Source: Candidatus Latescibacterota bacterium
Lineage (GTDB): Bacteria > Latescibacterota > UBA2968 > GCA-2709665
Assembly: GCA_963667175.2 (NCBI GenBank)
Contig: CAXXXF010000003.1
Span: 352,001-416,000 of the forward strand
Direction: 5' to 3'
Length of the DNA: 64,000 bases
Shown: positions 50,483 through 58,822 of the stretch, in pieces
How positions within the stretch are numbered: position 1 is the first letter of the stretch
Layout: the number at the start of each line of letters is the position of its first letter
The notes under the pieces: model-generated
The model's database searches: none
Told to the model about the DNA's origin: nothing
What the model saw: the letters and a program-made list of their open reading frames with translations, nothing else
Program-made: the position numbers and the translations under genes

Positions 50483-50809
50483 TCAGTGCGTGGAATTCGA
50501 GAGATGCAAGCCGGTCACGCCCCCGATAATGAGTGCGATGGAGAGCAGCTTGACCGCGGTGACCGGTTCCTTGAAATACCAGAAGCCGACGAGGGAGATG
50601 ATAGCCGTACCCAGGCCGGCCCAGACGGCGTACGCGACGCTCACGGGAATCTGTTTAAGCGCCATGGTCAGGCCTGCCAGGGAGGCCAGGTAAAAGACGG
50701 CGACGCCGATCGAGGGCAGCAAACGGGCGAATCCTTCGGAGAGTTTCATACATGTCGTGCCAACGACTTCGAGAACGATGGCGAGAAACAGATAGACCCA
50801 ACTGGCCAT
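50483..50809 (-). CDS. SMR-family (EmrE/QacE-like) efflux transporter
   Basis: 108 aa, 4 TM helices; AIVLEVVGT..MKLSEGF, AYAVWAGLG. Confidence 0.92.
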   Translation of the reverse strand: MASWVYLFLAIVLEVVGTTCMKLSEGFARLLPSIGVAVFYLASLAGLTMALKQIPVSVAYAVWAGLGTAIISLVGFWYFKEPVTAVKLLSIALIIGGVTGLHLSNSTH

Positions 50810-50935
50810 TGACAGATCTCCTGAGGTGGCTGATGGTTGCGGTTGACATTCGCCGGGTTCGTAGGCATTTTAGCCACGTTTCACGGATGAGGCAAACGCA
50901 AACCAGAGGGTTCTTTCAACGGAAAGGACAATTGA

Positions 50936-51802
50936 ATGTCGCTGCCGATCATTATGCACGTGAATTATTGTGAACAGGGGCAGACGATCCCGGAGATGTG
51001 CCGGAAGGCGGTAGGCTGGGGATACGACGGGATCGAGTTCCGTCGGTTTCGCCGGGGCGTGGAGGAGACGACTGAGCAGTACCTGGATACGATCGCCGCG
51101 GCCGCGGAAGCCTCGGGATTGAAGCACGTGCTGTTCGGGGGCCCCGGGGTCGAGCTGATGCAGGAAGATGCCGGCTGCCGCCTGGCGCAGGTTGCGGAAG
51201 GGGTCCGGTTCTACCGCCTTGCGAGCGAGAGGCTGAAGCTGACGGTCTGCAATATTATGGCCGGAACGCTGCGCAGTTCGGACCCGAATGCGGGGTCGGC
51301 GCATCATTTGCATGGATCCGGCGCCGCGGGGCCCCATCATTACGAGTGGGCGGCCGAGGGATTCCGGGAACTCGGCGCGGTCGCCGAGGAGATCGGATTC
51401 AGGCTGGCGTTTGAGATCCACATGGGCTACGTGCACGATCTGCCCGCGCCCACGATGAAGCTCCTGGACATGATCGGCTCACCGGCTGTCGGGGCGAATC
51501 TGGACTATGGGAATATGGTGTATTTCCCGTCCTGTCCGTCTATCGGCGAGACCGTATCCACGCTGGGGCAGAAGCTGTTCATGGCGCATCTGAAGAACTC
51601 GATGCCCGCCGGCGACGGCCGGAACGCCGTGGGGCTGGGCGAGGGGACCATCAACCACCGGGAGTATCTGCTGGCCCTGAAAGACTCGGGCTTCGGCGGT
51701 CCCATCTGCATCGAAGCGCCCAGGGCGGGCGACCGAGAGTGGTACGCCCGGCAGGACGTCGCCTATCTCAAAGCGGTAATGAGAGATCTGGCGTGGGAGT
51801 AG
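50936..51802 (+). CDS. Sugar phosphate isomerase/epimerase (TIM barrel)
   Basis: GYDGIE, LAFEIHM, NLDYGN, HLKN, LGEG.I, ICIE. Confidence 0.85.
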   Translation: MSLPIIMHVNYCEQGQTIPEMCRKAVGWGYDGIEFRRFRRGVEETTEQYLDTIAAAAEASGLKHVLFGGPGVELMQEDAGCRLAQVAEGVRFYRLASERLKLTVCNIMAGTLRSSDPNAGSAHHLHGSGAAGPHHYEWAAEGFRELGAVAEEIGFRLAFEIHMGYVHDLPAPTMKLLDMIGSPAVGANLDYGNMVYFPSCPSIGETVSTLGQKLFMAHLKNSMPAGDGRNAVGLGEGTINHREYLLALKDSGFGGPICIEAPRAGDREWYARQDVAYLKAVMRDLAWE

Positions 51803-51863
51803 TAGCGGCGTCCGGCTCAGGGTCCGAGTCGATCGGGGTTTCGTTCCTCGACAGCGTGTCCCG

Positions 51864-52808
51864 TCAGCTCAGGACCAGTCGGGACGCGCCCAGGACGCCG
51901 GCGTCGTTGCCCAGCTCAGCGGGTAGGATGCGGGTATGATCGAACATCCCCTCCAGCGTGTATTCCCTGGCCACGGCGTCGATGGGGTCCAGAAGAACGC
52001 GGCCGGCGGCGGAAATTCCCCCGCCGATGGCAATGACGTCGGGGCTGATGACATTGATGATATTGGCAATGGCGATGCCGAGATAACGGGCAACGCTGGC
52101 GACGGCTTCACGGGCGAGGCTGTCGCCGCTTTTCGCGGCCAGGCAGATGGTTTCCGGGGTGAGAGGTTCCACGTCTGAGAGGGAACCAGGCGGCGCTTCC
52201 CGGCGGCGGCGGCGGACGTAGCGGACCATCGCGGGGCCGGCGGTGAGAGCTTCCAGACATCCTTTTTTACCGCATCCGCAGACAGGGCCGTCCGGATCCA
52301 GGCACATGTGCCCGATTTCGCCCGCGGCGAACGATGCGCCATGGTGGATGACGCCGCCCAGAACGAGTCCGCCGCCGATGCCCGTTCCCAGGGTGATGAG
52401 AAAGAGAGACTCACATCCCCGGCCCGCCCCCAGGTGGGCTTCTCCCATGGCGGCGACGCTGGCGTCGTTGTCGATTTCAACGCGCAGCCTGATCCGTTCC
52501 TCCAGGATCCGTTTGAACGGGACGCGGCGCCAGTGAAGATTCGGAGCGATAATAACGTCTCCAGCCGCCGTGGTAACTCCGGGCACGCCGATACCCACGC
52601 CGGCAACGTCGTCATTCGCCAGGCCGTGCCGGTCGCAAAGGGCTTCGTAGAGTTCCGCGATCCGGTCCGCCACACCGTGTGCGCCGCTGTCGACGTCCGT
52701 AGGAACACGGGCTTTGCCTTCGATGCGACCGTCAGCCGCGATGAGCGCGCCCTTGATGCTGCCGCCGCCGAGATCGATGCCAACCGCGTGTCGATGTTGA
52801 CCTGCCAT
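51864..52808 (-). CDS. ROK-family sugar kinase (glucokinase-like)
   Basis: GIDLGG, DNDAS.AA.GE, TLGTGIGGG, GEIGH, CGCGKKGCLEA. Confidence 0.92.
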   Translation of the reverse strand: MAGQHRHAVGIDLGGGSIKGALIAADGRIEGKARVPTDVDSGAHGVADRIAELYEALCDRHGLANDDVAGVGIGVPGVTTAAGDVIIAPNLHWRRVPFKRILEERIRLRVEIDNDASVAAMGEAHLGAGRGCESLFLITLGTGIGGGLVLGGVIHHGASFAAGEIGHMCLDPDGPVCGCGKKGCLEALTAGPAMVRYVRRRRREAPPGSLSDVEPLTPETICLAAKSGDSLAREAVASVARYLGIAIANIINVISPDVIAIGGGISAAGRVLLDPIDAVAREYTLEGMFDHTRILPAELGNDAGVLGASRLVLS

Positions 52809-52919
52809 AGCGGATCCTTCCGGTTTGCGCCTGCCGAAGAACCTCACGACGTCCTGTCCATAGCCGAATGAGCGATTCGAGGGCGCCGTCAATGCTCGTG
52901 GCAAGACCGGGTTCGCGAA

Positions 52920-53240
52920 TCAGGCGTTTTCGGCGATCCAGTCCAGGTACGGCGGATTCCCGCGTTGGATGGGAAGGGCAATAACTTCAGGCACGTCGTA
53001 ACTGTGCAGTTCGTTCGCCCGGACGATGAGCGCATCGAGGCTGGCCTGTGTCGTCTTGAGGATCATCAGGAATTCGGCATCATCTTCAATGGCGCCTTGC
53101 CAGCGGTAAATGGTTCGGACCTGACCGCTAATATTAGCGCACGCCGCCAGGCGTTCTTCAACCAGAACGCGGCCGATTCGGGCGGCCTCCGCTTCGCTCG
53201 GTACGGTGACGAACACGACGTAATTCCGGACTTCGGGCAT
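52920..53240 (-). CDS. cutA: Divalent-cation tolerance protein CutA
   Basis: LVEERLAACANI, IYRWQG, HSYDVPEVI. Confidence 0.93.
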   Translation of the reverse strand: MPEVRNYVVFVTVPSEAEAARIGRVLVEERLAACANISGQVRTIYRWQGAIEDDAEFLMILKTTQASLDALIVRANELHSYDVPEVIALPIQRGNPPYLDWIAENA

Positions 53241-53427
53241 GGATTACCTCCAGGAGTCGAGACCTTTACGAGTTCGCCTGGCGAAGCGGCTCGTCTGCGG
53301 CGGCCCGGCGCGTTGGATGGCTGTCACGGGCCGTTGGGATGGCCCCGGAAGCTCGCACCGCTGAAGATATGCAGAAGGACCGTAAAGTCAAGGTCAGTGT
53401 TCTGTCCCGGAAAGACAGTAGCAAAAG

Positions 53428-53592
53428 CGGTGAGACGGAAGACGGTAGACGGGAGAAGGCGTCTTTGCCCGATTGAGCCTTCCTTTACGCCTCCGGCAAG
53501 AAATGAAACCGCACGGGGCGGGCAATCTCTCCCCTTTCCCGTCTTGGGTCTACCCGTTCTTCAAGCGCTCACGTCGTCTCCCGTCTCCCCGC
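53428..53592. repeat. Mosaic intergenic repeat (heptamers + inverted module A + module B)
   Basis: Counterpart of 44466-44617. Confidence 0.75.
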
Positions 53593-53653
53593 CTATCGAA
53601 AAGGGCAAGGGAATTGGGGAATTCACGGGGTGGGGGAGATTCCGAAACGGAAT

Positions 53654-54754
53654 ATGAATTCGCAGCGAACTGATATGCGGGACGGTCTTGACCCCAAACG
53701 CCTCGAGCGGGCAGGAGAGGTGCTGAAGCGCCACGTCCGGGAGAAAACCACGCCCGGCGCGGTGGGCCTGATGGTGCGGGGCGGAGGCGGTGTCGCCTGC
53801 TGGACGGCTGGACGGCACACGTACGATCCGGATGCGCCGGAGGTCAGGGAGGATGATCTCTACGACCTTGCTTCGTTGACGAAGGTGGTTGTGACAACGT
53901 CGATCTGCATGGTGCTGGAACCGGACCTGGAACTGGATGGACCGGTGGTCGAATACGTACCGGCGTTCCGCGGGGATGGACGGGACGGGGTGACGATCGG
54001 ACACCTTCTGGCGCACTGTGCGGGTCTGCCGGCGCACCAGCGTTTTTTCGAGACCTTGCAGGGTAAGGAGGCCGTACTGGCGGCGGCATGCAGGACTCCA
54101 TTGGCCTGTCCGCCGGGAACGAAGACGATCTACAGCGACTTAAGCTTCCTGGTGCTGGGGGTGGCTACAGAGCGCGTGGGCGGCGCGCCGCTCGAAGAAC
54201 TGGCCCAGCGCCACGTGCTGGACCCAATGGGGATGGCGGAAACGATGTTTCTTCCCGGAAGCAGGTTGCTGGGGCGAATTCCGCCTACGGAATTTCAGGC
54301 GGAGCAGCGGAGAGGGCTGATTCACGGGCAGGTGCACGATGGAAATGCATGGGCAATGGGCGGTGTGGCGCCGCATGCGGGACTCTTCGGGACGGCTGCA
54401 GACCTGGGTCGGTTCTTGCGGATGATTCTGAGCGGCGGGGTATACGAGGGAAAGCAGGTCTTCTCCGAAGCGACCATCCGCCGCTTTACCTCGTTGGCTG
54501 ATCTCGCGCCTGGCAGTTCCCGCGCACTGGGATGGGACACGGTGTCGAAGTCGGGGAGTTCCTCGGGCACGCACTTTTCGGCGCGTTCGTTCGGACATAC
54601 GGGATTCACCGGTACTTCCGTCTGGGTGGACCCGGAACGTGACGTCGGCGTGGTACTTCTGACGAACCGGGTGCATCCCAGCCGCGAGAATGAGGGAATT
54701 CGGAGGCTGCGACCCGAGTTTCACGACGCCGTGATGGACGCAGTGATTGTATGA
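53654..54754 (+). CDS. Serine hydrolase, beta-lactamase class C/esterase family
   Basis: YDLASLTK (SxxK), YSDL, VHD.NA, HAGLF, FGHTGFTG, LLTNRVHP. Confidence 0.9.
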   Translation: MNSQRTDMRDGLDPKRLERAGEVLKRHVREKTTPGAVGLMVRGGGGVACWTAGRHTYDPDAPEVREDDLYDLASLTKVVVTTSICMVLEPDLELDGPVVEYVPAFRGDGRDGVTIGHLLAHCAGLPAHQRFFETLQGKEAVLAAACRTPLACPPGTKTIYSDLSFLVLGVATERVGGAPLEELAQRHVLDPMGMAETMFLPGSRLLGRIPPTEFQAEQRRGLIHGQVHDGNAWAMGGVAPHAGLFGTAADLGRFLRMILSGGVYEGKQVFSEATIRRFTSLADLAPGSSRALGWDTVSKSGSSSGTHFSARSFGHTGFTGTSVWVDPERDVGVVLLTNRVHPSRENEGIRRLRPEFHDAVMDAVIV

Positions 54755-54848
54755 CGTCGCTGATCGGGTGAGGAGTTTTCGAATCGAAATCGGCCACGGT
54801 TGTGTTTGTGAAACAGATTGCCGATTGGATGCGTATTTCGGGGAGAGG

Positions 54849-56405
54849 TTACTTCTGCAACACCCGTTTGAGGGTTTCCAGGTCCAGTTCGGGGTACGCG
54901 GGAAAACGTCCGAGCAGATCCGCCACCTCCGCGCGGGCAGCCTCGAGCGCCCCCGGCCGGGTCCGGGAGCGCGCCTTGCTGGGCTTCCCGGCATGCCTGC
55001 CCTTGTTGATTCGGGACGGCCGTGTGCTGGAAAGCACGAGGCGCAACGTGGCAGCGATTCTACGCATTTCTTCCCTGCCCATGCCCAGCGTCGTAAGCGC
55101 GGGTGTGCCGATCCGAAGGCCGCTCGTGTACCAGGCGCCGTTCGTATCGAAGGGCAGGGCGTTTCGGTTGAGGGTGATCCCGGCGTTTCGAAGGACGGTT
55201 TCCGCCTGCCGTCCGGTGAGACCCAGCGGCGTCACGTCGATGAGCGCCATATGGTTGTCGGTGCCGCCCGTGAGTACGTCCAGCCCCTCTTCGCCGCAGG
55301 CATTGGCCAGGTCCCCGGCATTTTCCACAATTCGGCGCGCGTAGGTTCTGAAAGCGTCAGCGCCGGCCTCTTCGAAGGCGACGGCCTTGGCGGCGATTGC
55401 GTGGGGAAGGGGACCGCCCAGCACCATCGGGCACCCCCGGTCCACGTGTTCGGCGAATTCCGCCGTGCAGAGAACCATGCCGCCTCGCGGCCCCCTGAGG
55501 GTCTTGTGGGTCGTGGTGGTCACCACATCGGCATGGGCCACGGGATCGTAGTCTCCGGTGAACACTCTGCCGGCCACCAGCCCCGCGAAGTGCGCCATGT
55601 CCACCATGAAGACCGCGCCGACTTCATTCGCGATTTCTCTGAAGATGCGAAAGTTGATCTTCCGGGTGTAGGCGCTGTACCCGGCCAGGAGAATCAGGGG
55701 TCTGAACGCTTTCGCCTGGTTGCGGATCCGGTCATAATCGATACGTCTGGTCTCGGGGTCGACGCTATAGGATCCGACGTGGAACATTTTGGCCGATACG
55801 TTGTGCCGGTACCCGTGGGTGAGGTGGCCGCCGGAGTAGTAGTCGAGGCCCAGTAATTTCTGATTGCCCAGCGCGGTTCTGAGTTCCAGCCAGTCGCCAT
55901 CGGAAAGGGCCCCGGGATCGGACTTTCCCGTTCGATCCATAAACGGCGCCTGGACGCGGGCGGTGAGGATCGCCCAGAACGCCACAAGGTTTGCGTCGGC
56001 GCCTGAGTGGGGCTGTACATACGCATGGTCCGCGCCGAAGAGGCCGCGCGCCAGGGTAGCGGCATGTTTTTCGATGGTATCGACGTTGTCGCATCCGGCA
56101 TAAAAACGGCGTTCGGGGACGCCTTCGGCATACTTGTCGGTGAAGAGATTGCCCTGCGCGAGCTGTACGGCCAGCGAGCAGTAGTTCTCGCTGGCGATCA
56201 TTTTCAGGTTGCCGCGCTGCTGCTCCAGTTCGGCAACGATGGATTCGGCAATCTGCGGCGATACCGAGTGAATCTGTTCAAGTGACGCGAGGTAGGCGAC
56301 GAATCCGGGATCTGCGGTATTGCCGAGGGCGGCGGATTCCGAGAGATACCTGGCAAGCGGCGACGCCAGGTTTTTCACGTCTGCAGGTGGTATTGCCTGA
56401 ACCAT
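54849..56405 (-). CDS. glyA: Serine hydroxymethyltransferase (long form)
   Basis: [59 protein letters not shown]. Confidence 0.96.
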   Translation of the reverse strand: MVQAIPPADVKNLASPLARYLSESAALGNTADPGFVAYLASLEQIHSVSPQIAESIVAELEQQRGNLKMIASENYCSLAVQLAQGNLFTDKYAEGVPERRFYAGCDNVDTIEKHAATLARGLFGADHAYVQPHSGADANLVAFWAILTARVQAPFMDRTGKSDPGALSDGDWLELRTALGNQKLLGLDYYSGGHLTHGYRHNVSAKMFHVGSYSVDPETRRIDYDRIRNQAKAFRPLILLAGYSAYTRKINFRIFREIANEVGAVFMVDMAHFAGLVAGRVFTGDYDPVAHADVVTTTTHKTLRGPRGGMVLCTAEFAEHVDRGCPMVLGGPLPHAIAAKAVAFEEAGADAFRTYARRIVENAGDLANACGEEGLDVLTGGTDNHMALIDVTPLGLTGRQAETVLRNAGITLNRNALPFDTNGAWYTSGLRIGTPALTTLGMGREEMRRIAATLRLVLSSTRPSRINKGRHAGKPSKARSRTRPGALEAARAEVADLLGRFPAYPELDLETLKRVLQK

Positions 56406-56586
56406 TCTGTTTCTCCCACACACAGTGGATGGAGGGGCGCATCCGGCGTCGGCCGGACACAATAAAACCCGGGCGGGATAGCGGTACGTAAAGCCCGGGG
56501 ATTGACTCGTTTTGGGATCTCTCGATTTCCAGGCGGCGGTTTGAGTGTCAATTCGCCCCAATTGGGCAACGTGCCGCACGGACACC

Positions 56587-56615
56587 AATATATCGGACTT
56601 CCGCAACCCGGTCAA
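56587..56615 (-). promoter_or_regulatory. Sigma-70-like glyA promoter
   Basis: TTGACC-17 nt-TATATT on the minus strand. Confidence 0.55.
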
Positions 56616-56742
56616 CGTTTTTTTGGGATTCAGACGCGGTAGGCGCCGCCGGACCGACAACGCGCCGCAGGCGAATTCCGGCGCCGGAAGCGATCACGAA
56701 ATCACATGCGTCATCCGCGGAATCCGTTCCCCAATTTTCCGC

Positions 56743-56771
56743 TTGCCAATATCGTGTGGCGGGACTATATT
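56743..56771 (+). promoter_or_regulatory. Sigma-70-like pyrB promoter
   Basis: TTGCCA-17 nt-TATATT. Confidence 0.6.
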
Positions 56772-56778
56772 TTTTCGG

Positions 56779-56853
56779 ATGGCGTTCTCCTCGAAACGGA
56801 ATCGAATGTTCCGATTTTCCGGCTCTCCGGTTGCCTTATTTCCGCTCCCCTGA
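56779..56853 (+). CDS. Putative pyrL-like leader peptide (24 aa)
   Basis: MAFSSKRNRMFRFSGSPVALFPLP; pyrimidine-rich codons; stop codon lies in the loop of the terminator hairpin. Confidence 0.5.
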   Translation: MAFSSKRNRMFRFSGSPVALFPLP

Positions 56854-56868
56854 AGGGGAGCTTTTTTT
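56844..56868 (+). terminator. Attenuator-type terminator upstream of pyrB
   Basis: GCTCCCC-TGAA-GGGGAGC-TTTTTTT between the promoter and the pyrB RBS. Confidence 0.7.
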
Positions 56869-56910
56869 GTGAAAGCAGTTTTAAAGCAGCGCCTGAAGGA
56901 GGATTACTCG

Positions 56911-57837
56911 ATGGACAGCCTGTTCCACGTGGTCGAGGCGCAGCAGTTCAACAGGGAATTGCTGACCGAGATTTTCGCGGTAACCAAGGAGATGGAGGAG
57001 GTCGTTAGCGTCTACGGCTCCAGTATACTCAACCGCCGGATCATGGCCACGCTGTTTTACGAACCCAGTACCCGCACGCGGTTGTCTTTCGAGTCGGCCA
57101 TGGTCCGTCTGGGGGGGAGCGTGGTCACAACGGAGTCGGCGAGGGAGTTTTCCTCGGCAGCGAAAGGCGAGACCCTCGAAGACACGATCCGCATCGTCGA
57201 GGGATACGCGGACGTGATCGTGCTTCGACACTACGAAGGAGGATCCGCACGGCGGGCGGCGGAAGTGGCGTCGGTGCCGGTCTTGAACGCCGGCGACGGC
57301 CCCGGCCAGCATCCGACGCAGGCGCTGCTGGACGTCTATACGATACAGAAGGAAATCGGTCGGCTCGACGGGATTTCAGTGGCGATGGTGGGCGACCTCG
57401 CCAACGGACGAACGGTGCGTTCGCTGGCTTATCTGCTCACCCGGTACAAAGACGTTAAACTGTATTTCGTGGCGCCCGAATTGGTGCGCATGAAGGCCGA
57501 CATCAAGGAATACCTGAGCCGGAACGGGGTGTACTTCGAGGAACGGGACGATCTGATCGAGGTCGTGCGAGAGGTCGACGTGGTCTATCAGACCCGGATC
57601 CAGAGGGAACGGTTCGGCGACCGGACGCGGGACTACGAATCGGCGCGCGGGCGATATATCATCGATACAAAGGTGATGGAGGCCCTGTCCGATAACGCCC
57701 GCGTGATGCACCCCTTGCCACGCGTTGACGAGATCGATCCCGCAGTGGACGTGGACCCCCGGGCGGCGTATTTCCGCCAGGCGCACAACGGGCTCTACAT
57801 CCGGATGGCGTTGTTGAAGATGGTCCTGGCCGCGTGA
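56911..57837 (+). CDS. pyrB: Aspartate carbamoyltransferase catalytic subunit
   Basis: FYEPSTRTRLSF, KGETLEDT, NAGDG.GQHPTQ, YQTRIQRER, MHPLPR; AAGGAGG RBS. Confidence 0.97.
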   Translation: MDSLFHVVEAQQFNRELLTEIFAVTKEMEEVVSVYGSSILNRRIMATLFYEPSTRTRLSFESAMVRLGGSVVTTESAREFSSAAKGETLEDTIRIVEGYADVIVLRHYEGGSARRAAEVASVPVLNAGDGPGQHPTQALLDVYTIQKEIGRLDGISVAMVGDLANGRTVRSLAYLLTRYKDVKLYFVAPELVRMKADIKEYLSRNGVYFEERDDLIEVVREVDVVYQTRIQRERFGDRTRDYESARGRYIIDTKVMEALSDNARVMHPLPRVDEIDPAVDVDPRAAYFRQAHNGLYIRMALLKMVLAA

Positions 57838-57905
57838 TGGCGGGCGCAGACGCTTCTTAATGCGCGTGCGAAAATACCATCACGCGAACAAAGGAGTGCC
57901 GCCAA

Positions 57906-58643
57906 TCAGGGCCGGGTCGCGGTGAACGCGGTGAGCGGGTTCTGGGTCATGAAGTCATCCCAGAAAGTCGCCTCGGGCTTGTCCGGATCCAGCACGGCGT
58001 CGACCCAGTTGAAATCATGGAATCCGCTGTCGCGCATCGCACGTTCGTAGGTCGCTGGCGTAAGGTAGTAATTGTCGAACGCGAACACGCCTCCATCGGG
58101 GTTGGTGATCCGGTAATGGATGGCGTCTCCCTCGCGCAGGGGCTGCCGGCAGGTCCGTTCCAGGCCATATTTCGCCAGCGACCGCCCCGGCTGAGGGGGG
58201 TTGCGGACGTTGTCGTTGAACCCAACCAGCCGCCCGCCGGGACCCAGGGCGCGGAAACAGGCGCGGCAAAAGGACACCAGTTCGTCGGCTGTCCGAGCGT
58301 AGTTGAACAGATAGATGGTCGTTACGACGTCCACCGGCCCGTCAGGCACGACCCGAGCGGCGTCTTCACACACGTACACGCAGCCGATCGGGTCCGCCAG
58401 CTCCTGCGCCTCGGCCAGCGCGATCATCTCGCTCGAGACGTCGACGCCCGTCACCGAGGACGCGCCCGCTCGCATGAACTGGCGGGCGTAGAATCCGTCG
58501 CCGCACGCCAGGTCCAGCACCGCTTTCCCGCGCAGGTCGCCCAGCAACCGGAAGACCGTATAACGCTCAATGGCATATCGAAACGGGAGAAGCTTCGAGT
58601 CGCGGTATTGTTCGGCAATGTCGTCATAGGTCTGCGACGTCAC
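57906..58643 (-). CDS. Class I SAM-dependent methyltransferase
   Basis: VLDLACGDG, GVDVS.EMI, YLFNYA, L.PGGR; GTG start at 58643, the upstream ORF extension is MITE sequence. Confidence 0.88.
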   Translation of the reverse strand: MTSQTYDDIAEQYRDSKLLPFRYAIERYTVFRLLGDLRGKAVLDLACGDGFYARQFMRAGASSVTGVDVSSEMIALAEAQELADPIGCVYVCEDAARVVPDGPVDVVTTIYLFNYARTADELVSFCRACFRALGPGGRLVGFNDNVRNPPQPGRSLAKYGLERTCRQPLREGDAIHYRITNPDGGVFAFDNYYLTPATYERAMRDSGFHDFNWVDAVLDPDKPEATFWDDFMTQNPLTAFTATRP

Positions 58644-58655
58644 GGAAATCCCTAT

Positions 58656-58809
58656 CAGTCCGTTGAAAAAGTCGCTCCGCAGGCGAGGCCGAGTCATTAT
58701 GGCCGAAGACAAGGCGCGCCTGTCTGCGTGCGGACACGCACAGGCAGGCAACGCCGTAGTTCGGTCATAAAGGCCGGACGCAGCCCGGATGGACTTTTTC
58801 AACGGGCTG
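58656..58809. mobile_element. 154-bp MITE with IS5/IS1182-like ends
   Basis: TIRs CAGTCCGTTGAAAAAGTC / GACTTTTTCAACGGGCTG (17/18); CTAT duplicated at 58652-58655 and 58810-58813. Confidence 0.8.
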
Positions 58810-58822
58810 CTATGGGAAAACG

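Noticed and set aside
50810-50935. Guanidine riboswitch upstream of the SMR gene
   Set aside because: No ykkC, mini-ykkC (twin ACGR hairpins) or ykkC-III pattern visible
53245-53400. SRP RNA or another ncRNA upstream of cutA
   Set aside because: Lacks the conserved SRP helix-8 motif; explained as promoter plus leader
56406-56580. Canonical ZTP, glycine or THF riboswitch
   Set aside because: Core consensus elements are absent; kept only as an unclassified leader candidate
58644-58802. N-terminal extension of the methyltransferase in the ORF track
   Set aside because: Encoded almost entirely by the MITE; family-like sequence starts at GTG 58643
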